From assembly GCA_020891255.1 (NCBI GenBank), contig BQFW01000013.1, positions 1,674,001 to 1,738,000 on the forward strand: a stretch of DNA of 64,000 nucleotides, in the 5' to 3' direction. Below, piece after piece: positions 47,501 through 60,423 of this stretch; within the stretch, counting starts at the first letter, position 1, and each line of letters begins with the position of its first letter. The DNA comes from Entomortierella parvispora E1425. Lineage: Eukaryota > Fungi > Mortierellomycota. The notes under the pieces are model-generated. The model saw only the letters and a program-made list of their open reading frames with translations. It had not been told where the DNA came from and ran no database searches. Position numbers and translations under genes: made by a program.

Positions 47501-49581
47501 TGGAGTGACGCCAGTGCGATCGACTTGGTTTGTCCGAGCTGGAGTCTTTGGTGGCCTTTTGCTCGTTCTTTTTCTTGACTGCACTTGACTTCCGCTCCAT
47601 ATGTGCCGCCATTCGATCCGGGGCCAACCAAGCCGATAAAAGATAGCGCAGGAGATAATCAAGAGCTTTTTCATAAATCTTCCCTTCCCACAAGTTACTG
47701 ATGGCGGTTGCGCATTGACGAGTATGAGCCTCGACAACTTTGGAGTACCGGTCTTTGTGGGGGGCGATCAGACCCGGGATCTTACTGTCGATGGTCTTTG
47801 CCAACTCTAGCCATTTCGTATGATTGCCAGACTCCTTCGCTAGCCAAGTTTTTCTGCGAGCTATTGGATCCTTTTTGAACTGTGTGTAGAGTTGGCTCAG
47901 GTGGTTTTGTGATAGAACATTGCGGATGTCGCTATGGAGACTAGAGTTCTTGTTTTCGATGTCACTCTGCAGTGCGACTATTGGTGCCACGTTAAGTATC
48001 CTTTGTTCAGGCGGGATGATGCATGCTGATGGTAAAATATCGCCCAGGCATAGGGTACCCTGTTGCCCTGAGAAGACACCGCCTGCTATCTGCAATTCAA
48101 TAACAGATGAAGAGTATCAGCATCAACTTCGATATATGTAGTACAGTGCTACAACGTCAGACTCTGACATCTAGATTCAACTCACCAGGATCGTTCCAAC
48201 TTGTGCCAGGAGGTAGAGCGACTGTTCAACGTCCGTTAAGTGATCCTGTGCTTCTTGAAGAAGACTAATAATTCTGCTAAAGTCTTCGTGGTTCGAAAGA
48301 CCGGGATGAAGGGCTTGCTTCATTGTGACCGTACATGTTCGCCATTCCTCAGTGTTCTCGTCATCGTCCGCAGTGTTGGGCTCAGGTTCCCTTCCTTCAT
48401 CTGGACCACATTCCTTTCTCTTCTTTCCTTTTTCAGCCTGAAGTTGGTTGTCTGCCAGACTCTGCTCGGAATTTGTCCAGATTTCGTCAAACTGTCTTTG
48501 AACAACCTCGCACCAAACACGAAGATTGTTGTTGCTGGTAGCTGCAGTGATGTCGCTGACGACCTGCATACGCGTCAAAGACTGGTTCCTTTGTTCGATG
48601 TATAAAGCAGCGGCATCGCTTAGGGGACCTCTTGGAAGACTCTTTAGATTGGAAAGTCGGGTTTTGAACTCTTCCTTCCCTTCGTGGTCCTCTTTCTTGA
48701 TGCTTTCGCAGATATGGTCATCAATTTTTTTCTTCAAATGCTCGATACTAAGAGATACAAACATGAACAACGTGCAGTCAGTCATTAAATGTCTTTTTGT
48801 GAAATCACCCGCATAAGCTTCAGCATCAGTATCAGTCTTACCAAGACATTTCCAAAAATTCCAGTAACTCAGCTTTCCTAGTGTCGTCGGCACCACTCCT
48901 TTTGATACGTAGTCTTTTGTTGGCCCGGAAAGTTGCCATGTTTGTGGGTAATATAACAGCATTGGATGAAGACATTTCTTCGCTTGGTTGCGGTAAGGCC
49001 AACTCGCTCGCAGGAGCAACAGCTAGTTCCTCCAACAAGTCTACTGTGTCCACTGGAGCGAGGGCCAGAAATTCGGAAAACTTAAGGTAGGAATCCACTC
49101 TGTGAAAGATTCCACAGACTGAGGGTGGAGACGATGCCTCTGTCCTGGGAGAGAATGTCCTCGGTGCGCCTCGGCAGAAAAACAAAAAGATATTGCAGTT
49201 GAGTCTGTCTGCCAGGTAGACAAGCAAGAGTTGCGTTCTTGTGGGGACGATCATAGTCGAGTTGGTGCTGTTGACTGTAAGGTGCAAGTCGTACTTACCT
49301 CCTGGCCTCAGAAAATGTTGGATTATGAAGTGGGCTAAGGAGTTGTTTGGGTCTGCAGGATTGACATCAACACGGAGTCCGCAGCTTCGAAGAGCTAGCA
49401 AAGCTTTCTCAGTCTGTTCTCTACAAGATTGTAGTCTGATGTCCTTGGCGGCATTTTCCAGACGAAGTCTAAAGTCGGATGGCGGCAGAGACCAGGAAGA
49501 CCGGCGACTTTTGACAAGCTCGGTGAAGCTTTGAGGTGGGTCGGTACCAGGGCGCGCGACAATGTTGAATGAGAATGTCAT
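44464..49581 (-). CDS. Giant Fanzor/TnpB-like RuvC nuclease, copy B; intact, 5 exons, 1581 aa
   Basis: Exons 49581-48842, 48747-48186, 48089-46582, 46492-45720 and 45626-44464 total 4746 nt with no internal stop. RuvC-I SEDPGVRVM, RuvC-II TDEYMST, Zn finger CCFC..CFNTAC, RuvC-III RPRDTQAC. Confidence 0.88.
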
Positions 49582-50068
49582 GGCGATGGTATAAATGGTT
49601 GCTGATTTGGACGAGGTTCGAGTCGAGCGAGTGAATAGGTGCAATGTATGACTGACTGAATGAATGAATGAATGAGAGACGGGTGAAAGCAGTGGAATGG
49701 AGCCAAGGACGCGTTTTTACGTGGTCGTGGATGGATTTGGCTGACTCCTGAGCCACCACTCCTGATTTTTTCAGAGTGAGATTAATGTACTCTCAGTTAA
49801 GGGTCTGTAACACACACGCTTTTATTGCCAATGTCACATTGCGCACCAACTACTTTTGTCAAGAGGACATCATAGTCTTATTTATTGTCTGCAGTCGCTC
49901 AAGTGTATGAAGCATTTTGAGCTTCAAGACCGCTCTTACAAAAGATATTAGATTTTCAAACTATTTGTCGGGACTAGATGACTTGCACCATAGAATAAAA
50001 TATAGATTAAGATTATTTTTTTTGGGGTGAGGAGGAGGAACAAAAAGGCGGGTCAAAGAAAGTCAGTT

Positions 50069-53000
50069 TTAAGAACGTCCAAAGTAGACCTCACGAAGAG
50101 TCTCGTGGGCAAAACGTCTCTCGGGGTCAACCTCCAACAGACCACGGATGGCCTTGCGGGCATCCTCTTCCCGGATGGTATCCAAGGCGGGCTCGAACAC
50201 AGTCTCCTTGTTCGTCAACTGGAACTCTGCAAAGTTGCTGGCCGAGAAGTAAGGCTTGCCGGCGTGCAACTCGTACAGGATCAATCCCAAGGACCAGCGA
50301 TCCATGGAGACAGCCGACAAAACATTGGTAGAAGACGATTCGCGTCCCTGCAAGATCTCAGGGGCGGCATAGGTGACGGTCGTGACAGCGGTATCGACTG
50401 GCTCACCGACAAAGCGGGCGTGACCAAAGTTCCAGAGCTTCCAGACCAATTGACCATTTCCATCCTGAGCATCCTCACCGGGGACACCCTCGAGGTAGAA
50501 GGAGGCAGGGCGGACGTTCAAGTGAACAACATGGTGCTCGTGGCACCAGCGGAGGGCATCGGACAGGGACAAGGTCAATTGACGGATCTGGGCGCTCGAA
50601 AGTCTCTCAGTGGCCATGTAGGACTCGAGGGTGCGGGAGAATGGACCCAAGATCGAAACGAAGCGGTAAGAGGCAAAGGTAGGCAGGGAGTACAGGGTGT
50701 AGAGATCAGCAATGTAACGGTCCGACTTCAAGTGCTGGAGCATACCGGCCTCACGCTTCCAGTGAGCCTCAGTCTTCATCCACTTGATAGTGCGACGAGC
50801 GGAGATCTTGACCTCCTCAACGTGAGAGAAGGCAACATCATCAATGTTGACATCACCAGCGCCGAGCATCCTGAACTTGGAGAACAAAACGGTGCCAACA
50901 GCAGCCGTGGGGACGGCCTGGTCTGCATCGCCACGCTCGTAGCGCATGATGCTCAACTTGAGGGTGATCTGGGTTCTGTTCGCGGCCTGTTCAGCAGCAG
51001 TCAAGGTGCCTCCTCCAACAACACGGGTTGTGGTCGTGGTCTGGTGGTTGTTGCCGACCAAGGTAGCGCCGGCTCCAACGACAACGGCACCTCCGGGGAT
51101 ACGGAATCCACCCTCGGCAGTGCGCTCAACAACGGTGCGGATCTCCTCGCCGTTGGGTCCATTTGTGATCTGATAATACTTGGTCTCTCCAGAGGAGGTC
51201 GTCTCGGAAACAATGCGGGTCTGGGTCGAGGTCGAGGGTCCTTCGGTGGTGACAGTGCCTCCACTGACCATACGGGTGGTCGTGGTGACATTTCCAGTGA
51301 TAACAGCGCCAATAACCTTGCGGATCTCACCAGTCTCAGTGGTCTCCTCAGTCACGTAGCGCAATTCACCCTCAGGCTCCTTGACAGGGATGTGGACCAT
51401 CTCGCCAGTCTCCTCGTTGCGTTCAAACTTGGTGCGAATGGCATTGCCGTTGTACTGGTCAACAATCACGTAGCGAATCTCGCCGGTGGAGGTGCGCTCG
51501 GTCACGATGCGGGGGCCCATGATCACACGAGTGATCGTCTTCGTGGTAATAACAGTTCCAATGATGTAGCGGATCTCACCAGTCTCGGTGCGCTCCTGGA
51601 TGACATGACGGAGCTCACCAGCCTCATCATTAGTGGGGATCAAACGGATCTCTCCAGTAGAGGTCTTTTCGGTCAAGACGCGGATGGCATTACCGCTGAA
51701 TCCGCCGGCAATGATGTAGCGGATTTCACCGTTAGAGGAACGTTCAGTCACGATCTTGGTAGAAGAGGAAACGGTCGAGATGGAGCCTCCGGGGATGACA
51801 CGGACACTGCCAGATTCGGTGCGCTCAGTCGTGGTGCGGTCCGTGCTTCCGGCAATGATGCCTCCAATGATGTAGCGAATCTCACCGGAATCGGTGCGCT
51901 CCTGGGTCACATGGCGGAGCTCACCGGTGGGCTCGTTCGTGGGGATCAATCGGGTCTCTCCGGTCGAGGAGCGTTCAGTAATAACACGGATGGCATTTCC
52001 AGTGAATCCACCAACAATAATGTAGCGGATCTCTCCGGTCGAGGAACGTTCAGTCACAATCTTGGTCGAAGAAGTCATGGTCGAGTTACCGCCAGAAATT
52101 ATACGGGTCGTGGTACCAGTCTCAGACTCGGTGCGGCCGGCAATAACATGGCGGACAACGTTGACACCAGTTCCAACAATAAGACCTCCGATGATGTAGC
52201 GGATAATGTTGCCATGTGCATCGCGCTCGGCAACAACCTCGCGTTCCTCGCCCTCGGGGGAGTCAACGGGGACCAAGATGTCCTCTCCAGTCTCAGAACG
52301 TTGGGTGATCGTGCGGACAGTGGTGGTTCCAGGGATAATACCGGTCAAGACATGACGAGGCGCACCAGTCGTCTCATCATGCTCAGTCACAACAGTGCGG
52401 CCGCCGGTACCTGTGGTAGTGTACACGCGGCGTCCGTTTACAACACGAACAGTGGTCTTGGAGGTAATGATCTTCTCCTGGGACTCGCTGCGGTGTCCAG
52501 CAATAACGCCTCCAATAACGCCAGCAGCGACACCTCCGAGGAGGACATCGCGTCCAAGATGGCTGTTGCCTCCAGTGATCTCCTCAGTTGTTGTGGTCTC
52601 GGTCGTTGAGGTGTTGCGACCTCCAACAGGGATAATGCCGCCAGGTCCAGAGGGCTGGTGAGTCGAGTCATAAGGACTGGGTCCACCAGGAACAGGAGCA
52701 CCACGACCGTTGGTCGTTTCGTATTCGTTGGAAGGACGGCCTCCAACAGGGACGGGAACAGGGACGGGAGCAACATGTCCGTGAGAAACCTCCTCACGTT
52801 CCTCCTTCTTCTTGTGGTGAGCAATGGCACCGATAGCACCAACAACTGCAGCGCCACCAATAATCTCGGGAATATGCGAGTTGTGTCCAGCAGGGGGGAC
52901 AACACCAGAGACGTTAGGACCGCCAGGGAACGAAGAGTTATCAGAGGGTCCACCGGGGAAGGAAGAGCCACCAGTAGGTCCTCCAGGATACGAAGTGGTC

Positions 53001-56000
53001 TCACCTGGGCCACCAGGGCCATAGGGACCAACAACCTCTTCCTTGTCAACGACAACCTGGTTCAGATCGTCATCAGTCATTGGGCCGAGAGGGATCAGAG
53101 GAGGGAGTCCTCCGCCATTGCTGGGAAGGTGACCAGCAGTGACCTCTTCAGGACCGCCGTGGCCGCCAGCACCAGCAAGATACTCGCTCTCGCGTCTCTT
53201 GCGGCGAGCAAAGAGGAACATGAGGGCAATCAAGCAAATCAGAGCCACACCTCCAATGATGCCTCCAACAATAGCACCAGTGTGGTTGTCACTTCCGGAG
53301 GTCTTGGAACCATCAGGAACGCCAGCAGGGCCGGTAGGAACAACACCGGCGCCTCCCGAAGTTGCAGTGCCGATAGTGGCGGTAGGAGGGATAAAAGAGG
53401 GGCCACCGGATGGGGGACCAGTAGGGATGCCGGTGGGCAAGGGAGGAATCCAGGTTCCTCCACCACCACCACCACCACCGGATCCACCACCGCCAGATCC
53501 ACCACCGCCAGATCCACCACCGCCAGATCCACCACCGCCAGATCCTCCACCGCCGGATCCACCACCACCAGATCCTCCACCACCAGATCCACCGCCACCG
53601 GATCCACCACCTCCAGATCCACCACCTCCAGATCCACCGCCACCGGATCCACCGCCACCGGATCCTCCACCACCAGATCCACCACCACCAGATCCACCGC
53701 CACCGGATCCTCCACCGCCAGATCCTCCACCGCCGGATCCACCGCCACCGTTGTTGCCGCCAGTGGGGGGAACAAAGATCACAGTGGGAGGAGAGGAGGT
53801 GCCTGGAGGTACAGGCTCGCCGGGCTGAAGGTTGGTTGAGCACTGGTCGGCGCTGTCACAACCACCATAGACAATGATGCCGGTACCGCAGTTGGCGACA
53901 GTGAAGTTGCCGGCGATAGGGGCACCCTGGGAGACTGGCACGATCGTGTAAGGCTCGGGGACAGTGGTATCAACTTGCCATACACCGACACCGACGTTGT
54001 TCTATTCATAGGCGAGAAGATTAAAAAGATAACGGTTAACACCTTGGTTTGGTGCCACCACGAATGCATCTTATCGATCGTTCTTTTGTTCGTATCAACA
54101 AAATGAATAGAGAAGGGAAAAAGAAACCAAGTCTTACCTCGCCAAAGATCCAGATGGAGCCGTTGTACAAGGTGGAGCGAGGGTTGTTAATGTGCATGGC
54201 TGGCAAGGGCTGGCAGTCGCTCGTGGTCTGGACGGGTTGGTCCGAGGCCGAGGAGGCAGCGGTGATATCGTACCAGCAAGAGGACTTGGGTCCGAAGAGG
54301 AAGAAGCTCTTGCCGGTCAAGGGAGCAGCAGCCAACGTCATGTCAGTAGGAACATTGCTATGGTTTGGGAGAGAAAGAGAGAGAGGCATTCAATCAGTAT
54401 CATTGATAATTTGGCTTCCAAACAACCACGTAGAGCCTAAAACTTACGTGGTGGTAAGCTGGCTGCAAGAGTGAACGGTATCGTTCAAGAGTTGGATGCC
54501 AGTCAAGTGACCAACACCCTTGGTATCCTGCCACTGGACCAAGAGGTCATCCACCAAGCCAGTACTGTCCTGGAAGACGGGGGCGAGGTTGTTGGGGTAG
54601 GTCAAGTCACAGCTGATGGTCTCATAGGTCCAGGTGCGAGCCCACTGGTTCCAGACGGCGATACCTCCCTCAAACTGAACACCGAAATGGTGGTTGGCGG
54701 TCAAGAAGCACTGTTCAGTGTAGTAGGGCTTTCCACCGCCGGGGTAAGGCAATGAGGTCCAGATAGAGGTGGTCCAGTTGGCAGAGCAGGTCGACTGCTG
54801 GATAAAGTTAAAGACAATGGCGCCTGTGGAGTCATAGCCGAGCATGTAGGTTATGTTGTTGACAGAGTCAATGACCACACAGGGCTTCTGGAGCACTGGT
54901 GGAGGTTCAGGGTGCCATTTGGCGGAGCCAAGGAGGTCGCCTAGGGAAAATCAAAATAAAATCAAAAATATGATAGGGTAAGCAAAAGTGACATGGGAGC
55001 AGAACGAGGTAACCCTAGCGGGCCACATATCATGGGAGATGGCGTGCACAAGGTACCACAGAATGGTAGGAATGAAATTGCAAGGACATTCGAGAGCACC
55101 CAGGTGCAGGGGATAATCAAAGCAAAAAAGAAAATATAAAAAAAACAGAGAGCACTTTTCGAGCGGGAGCAGAAACAAGAGAAGGGCAGGATGCGGTGAG
55201 CCTGAGGAAGAACACGACGAGTGATAGAAGAAGAGATGATGAAGGTGATGATGATCGAGTGGAGGGTTAAGGGTGAAGACAGGGACACGGACGGCCCCAC
55301 ATTCCGGACACGCGGCCGCCGACATGACAGCCCAACAAACAGGCAAATAGGAACAAGAGCATGAAATGAGAGAAGGAAACGCGAACCACACGCGAAGAGA
55401 AGAACCGAAAAAAGGGAAAGCCGATGAAACACCGCAACGAAGCCCGGTTGGTGAAGAACAGTGTGCCTGTTTGTGCCTGAAAAATAAGCACCGAAGAAAA
55501 TGCACTTTTTATCTCCTTGTCGTTTGACAGCCAAGAAAGAAAAGAGCGCTCTTTCGCAAGAATGCAGGCATGCAAGGGTAGGGGGTGAGGCTATCCAGGC
55601 TGGATGGGGAGCACTTTTACGATGGGGGAGAAAGAAGGGCCCAAGGGAACGAGGGGAAGACCATAGAGAGGGGCACACACAGGCAGACACACGCACAGGG
55701 TACATCGTAATGTAGGGGGCTGCCAGGTGGGTGAACCTGTCCAAGTGTTGTCTGGTGCAACGACAGATGTGGTCGAGGGACAAGACAAAAAAAGGGACAA
55801 AGGGGAGCGGGTGCACGCCTGACGCCCACCCACAGCTTGTTTGTTGTTGTGTGCACAAGGATTCATCCTCCTATCCTTGATCAGGAATAGCGCCCAGACC
55901 CCAGTACGAACACAACAACAGCAATGCTGGCAACGGCTTTGTTCGTATTATCCGTTTATCAGGACATTCAGGAATGAAGGGTAACAGGTGCGATAATGGG

Positions 56001-56340
56001 ATGTTGCAAAACAACCGGTCCCTTCTCTTGTCTGTGGTCCCGTCTCTCGGAAGATAAACACCATGAAACCCAGTGGGTCCCGATAGTCGTCATGATATCA
56101 GGGGAGTGAGGGAGGGGTGTGATGGATGGGCGGACGGATGCAAAGAGTGGGGTGCAGCGAGGGGTTGGCGGCTGGGGGGTTGCAGAAGGGGTCGAGTTGA
56201 GCTAGATTGGACTGAGGTGAGCAAAGAGCTGGGATATTTTCCTTACCGATATTGACATCGACAAGAGCCGAGACAGGCGCAGCGAGCAAGACACTAGCCA
56301 GGAACGACGCCAGAGCGGCCTTGTTCCGTTGAATGTCCAT
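50069..56340 (-). CDS. Single-pass receptor-like protein with C-terminal (pseudo)kinase domain, multi-exon
   Basis: Signal peptide (MDIQRNKAALASFLASVLLAAPVSA), Cys-containing ectodomain exons, (G4S)18 linker, TM (IVGGIIGGVALICLIALMFLFA-RRKRR), cytoplasmic repeats and a kinase fold (IKWMK, HLNVRPAS, NFG, TYAAPE, DRWSLG). Confidence 0.8.
53459..53750 (-). repeat. Coding repeat (GGGGS)x18 plus poly-Gly
   Basis: 18 GGATC/AGATC-containing 15-bp units counted, with synonymous variation. Confidence 0.95.
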
Positions 56341-59300
56341 GGGAGAGAGCTGCCCTCGGAGGGAATTAAGCAATAAGGGTTGTTGCTGTGTTGAAAGAGT
56401 CAATTGCCGAAGGGGAGCGACAACGAGAGACTAGACAAGGAATTTATGAATAAATGGAATGAAGGGTCCTCCCGGGGGTGAAGATGGATGGAAGAGAGAG
56501 AGAGAGAGAGGGAGGGAGAGAGAGGGAAGGGAGGGATGTGGGCGGAAGAGAAGAGAAGGATGGGATGAGGGGGAGGATGGATGGAAAGAGAGAAAGAGAA
56601 AGAGAGAAAGAGAGAAGAAGAAAAAAAAAAGGAATGGAATGGACAAGAGAGAGAGAAAAGTCAAATGAAGGGGGAGGGAAGGGGGAGGGATGAACAACAG
56701 AGGGGAAGAGAGAGAGAAAGACAGAGAGAGAGAAGAGAAGAAGCCGGGGAGGAAGCGGAGGCGGAGGCGGTGAAGGAAGGACAAAAGGCGAAGGAGGGAG
56801 ATGGATGCGATGCGAGCGGGAAGGGGTTGTGTGGATGGTTGTTTGTATGGATGTATGTATGGAGGGTGCGTGTGTTCTGTGTGTGTGTGTCTGATTGCCA
56901 GCAGCATGGCCTCTTTTCTCTGTCTCTTCTCTCTTCGCTCGTTCTTCTCTTCATCCCTCTTCTCGAGTCGAGTCCTTCTTCTTCTCGTCTCTGAGTATGA
57001 ATATGAAGTCGCGGGTCGCTCGTCTCTTTTTTGCTTTGGATGCTCTCAACATGTTTTGGTGGTCGCTTCTTTTTTTAGGTCCGTCTTGTCGGTCTTGTTG
57101 TCTTGTCTTGTGTGTCTGGGTCAAGGATGGGGTCAATGGGTCCCCATGCACGCTCGACAGGGCCACTGCTCGCCTTGCATGGCGCTGCTTCTCGGGTTTC
57201 AATCCCATTTATCCAAGGCCATCCAACGTGGTGGAGATGATTGCTGGGGGTGGTAAATTGGCCCTGTCCGTTGCTCGGTCTCTTTTCTTTCCTGGCTCTG
57301 ACCATCTCTCTCTCTTTTTTCTTTTTCTTCGGACCCTTTCGCTTCTCGCAAATCCGCCTGCATGAGGAAAGCAGTAAGTTGAACGCGAGAAAGCGCTTCT
57401 TCTGGTATCTCTTCTTTTTTCAAAGAGACTAAAAGGATTAAAAAAAAATTGCTCTCCCAGCGACCCATTGTCCAAGACAAACAATCAACTTTGCTGTCGT
57501 CGTCGTGCATAGAAAGGTTACCATCAAATTAGCAAAGCATCGACCCATTCCTCCGTCTTGCTGTGTGGACTCTTGTGTTTGCCATGGCTTTACAGTTTTC
57601 TTGTTGATTTTTTTCTTTACCCACAACCCTGACAGACTGCCCTCACCCGTCCTCAACAACAAACAACAGGATTTAAATTTTTTTCTTTTCTTTGCGCATG
57701 GACTTCTGGGCCTTGGTCCAAGAATCTTGTTTCGAAAGAAGGACAATGCGACAGAGAAAAGGAACTTGGGAAAAAGGAAACAGCCTTCCTCTCCCGCGGG
57801 GAAAAAAAAAGAAAAGAGTCTTTTTTATCTTTATGGCATCCAGGCCGGATGGTACATGTAGATTCTCATTCGTGTTGGATGGCTCTCAACACGATAATAT
57901 GAATGAGTAATGAAGCCTCCTCTTCTTCTTCTCCTTTCCCTTGTTTTTCTCCTCCCGCCATCCTCCATCATGGCTCATGGGGCTCATATGCCACTCACTT
58001 TGTCCTCTTCGATGGAAGCTCAAAGCGATTCTCAGTCCTTCTTCCAGATGTTCGGTCGTGTGCTTGCTTTAAAAAGCGTTTAAAAAAAGTCCTGTAATGT
58101 TCTAACAATAACCCTTCACCTTCCCGAGACAGAGAACAGGCTACATACAAGACCCATAATCGCGTCGGGTTTGTTATGATCCTCTCTTTCTGAACGCGCG
58201 TTTCTAGTAAGGCTTCATGTCTTTAGCATGAGATGGATTATCCAATTCTCAAATCAATTTTTTGGCGCCGCCCTGGCTCACACTCGCGCTCAAAAAAAGA
58301 AAGAAAAAAAAAACCAAACTGTTCTATCCCTTGCGAGAACGAAAGGGAAAAAAAAAGAATCCTGCAGCAGAGACATACTCATGGTTGTTTGGTCTCTTTT
58401 TATGTTTTCCCGTCCACTACTGTCATTTGGCTCTGTGGGATCTTCAACGACGTTTGAGCAGCCGTAGTTTAGCTCGGGGAGAGGACAGTGGTGTCCTATG
58501 GGAGGTGTGCCCTGAACCAATTGATCAAACCTTTGGCCAGGGAAGGTTTAGACTGTAAAAAAAACCGATCAGTGAGAAAGAGAGCTCTTCCCAGTCTCCC
58601 ATACGGACCCACGAGGGGCGCTGAACGTGTACATAGTGCAGTCAATGGAGATAGACCACTGTCGACTGGGAACACAAAGAGTCCGTAGTCGAGATCAACT
58701 TCAAATTCAACGTCAACAACGCGTGGATGATGATGGGAAATAAAGGGAGATGACGCCCCTCTCCCAGAAACATGCAAGATCTAGCATCCTTCCCTTCCTC
58801 TTTGTGGCGGACCCATGTTTCCTTGCTCTTCATCTTGCCAGTTTTTTGCTCCTGATGTGGTCTTTTTCTTCTGTTGCTCATTATTTCAAGCGAAAAAAGG
58901 GCTCTTTTGCTTTCTATTTCCCCTAAAGAGTGGTTTCTTGTAAGCACATTTTCATGTCCTTTGTGGATGTTCGAGCATTGGACTTGTTGCCAAAAGAGTT
59001 TCCCCGCACATGCAGCTCGTAGCGCAGCTTTGAAGCTTTGAGACCAATTGCACCTCAGCGTGGTCTAAAATAACTACAACACATGCTGCACGAGCACTTA
59101 CAGTACACACCCACAGCCGAAAGAGCGCTCCGATCCTTGGAGGGTAGGCGGGGATGCCGTCATTCTTGGGCTTCCTCCTTCTACTTTTGTGCGACAGCAC
59201 CGTGGTCTGCGCGCCGCGGTATCTTCATGGCTCTTTGTTCTTTTTTTGCGATAGACAAAGGGCCTGCACAACAGAAGCAGAGTACCTGTCCACAGGCAGG

Positions 59301-59482
59301 GGTCGATTTGGAATTGCCTGGACTCTCTCTCTGACTTGCACAAAACAATAACATCATCAACAGCAAAGTAATTGTCGGTACATGTACTCATGATTTTTGA
59401 CAGGGGGTTAGGGGTTCAAAGAATTCGGATCCTCGCTGGTCAGTGGATAGGGAGTTCCACCCTCTTTTTTTTCTTTCTCCTT

Positions 59483-59515
59483 GACGCACCTCGACGCACC
59501 TCGACGCACCTCGAC
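59483..59515. repeat. 10-bp tandem repeat (GACGCACCTC)x3
   Basis: Seen directly in intergenic DNA. Confidence 0.8.
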
Positions 59516-60423
59516 AGGACGTTGACTTGACCTTCTTCCCCCCTAGGCCCTTTGCCCATGCAGGTCTAGAGGGGTTGTTCCGCGGTATTTTGGGCGTTAT
59601 TCCGCTTGTTGGGTTCAAAAATATATTTTTGGGAGATCCTTGGGTGGCATTTTTTCTTCTTTTTTTTGGAGGAAGGTAGGATCGGACCCTTTCCATTCTT
59701 CCGCCGTTCCGCGCGTTCTTTCTTTCTTTTTTTTTTTTTTTATCAATCTCTGCCACTTTCCATCCTCCCCTCTTCCTTTCTTCCCTTTCCAAACGACCCA
59801 CATGGATAGAGCCATGGCCATGAATGTATGCATTTGTTGGTAACATGGATCTCTCTTTCTCATCCAAAAAAAAAGAGGGAGGAAGAAAAATAGCTTTAAC
59901 CGCGGGAAAGAAGAAAAAGGCTCATGATCGCAACCAAAAAAGATCAGAGCGCATCCCCCAGCAACAAAGTAAAAAAGGTGGAGGAGGATTTTTTCACCTG
60001 CATCAAGATATTATTAGAACGCCCATTTGGAGGAGCGACAACAAAAGGGTGGGTGCGCGCAAACAACCAAAAGAAAAAGGTAACGTGGATCAAAAAAAAA
60101 AAAAAAAAAAAAAAAAGGGGGAAGCGGCCGTACTTCCAAAAGGTCTCGCTCGCATTTCATTTTCTAAACCGTTGATTCCACGCGAATTCTTTAGACGCGT
60201 GTTTTTTTCGACTCTCTGGGAAGACAAAACAGGAGAGACGGAAAGAGAGGAGAGGGGGTTAGGGCGAGCAATGGCCCAAGCGAAGGAAAGGGGGAGCACT
60301 TCTGAATTCTTTTTTATTTCAAACAAAAAAACACTCGCAACTAAGGCTTTCGTGAGGGTTTGAAGCTTTTGATGTTGCCTTGCTGCTTTCTTTTTTCTTT
60401 CTTTTTCATACATTCTTTTCTTT

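Noticed and set aside
50027-52609. 860-aa plus-strand ORF
   Set aside because: Antisense shadow of the codon-biased pseudokinase gene; no recognisable motifs.
56400-60400. Many short ORFs in a 4-kb intergenic region
   Set aside because: They derive from GA/CT microsatellites and A/T tracts, with no coding signal.
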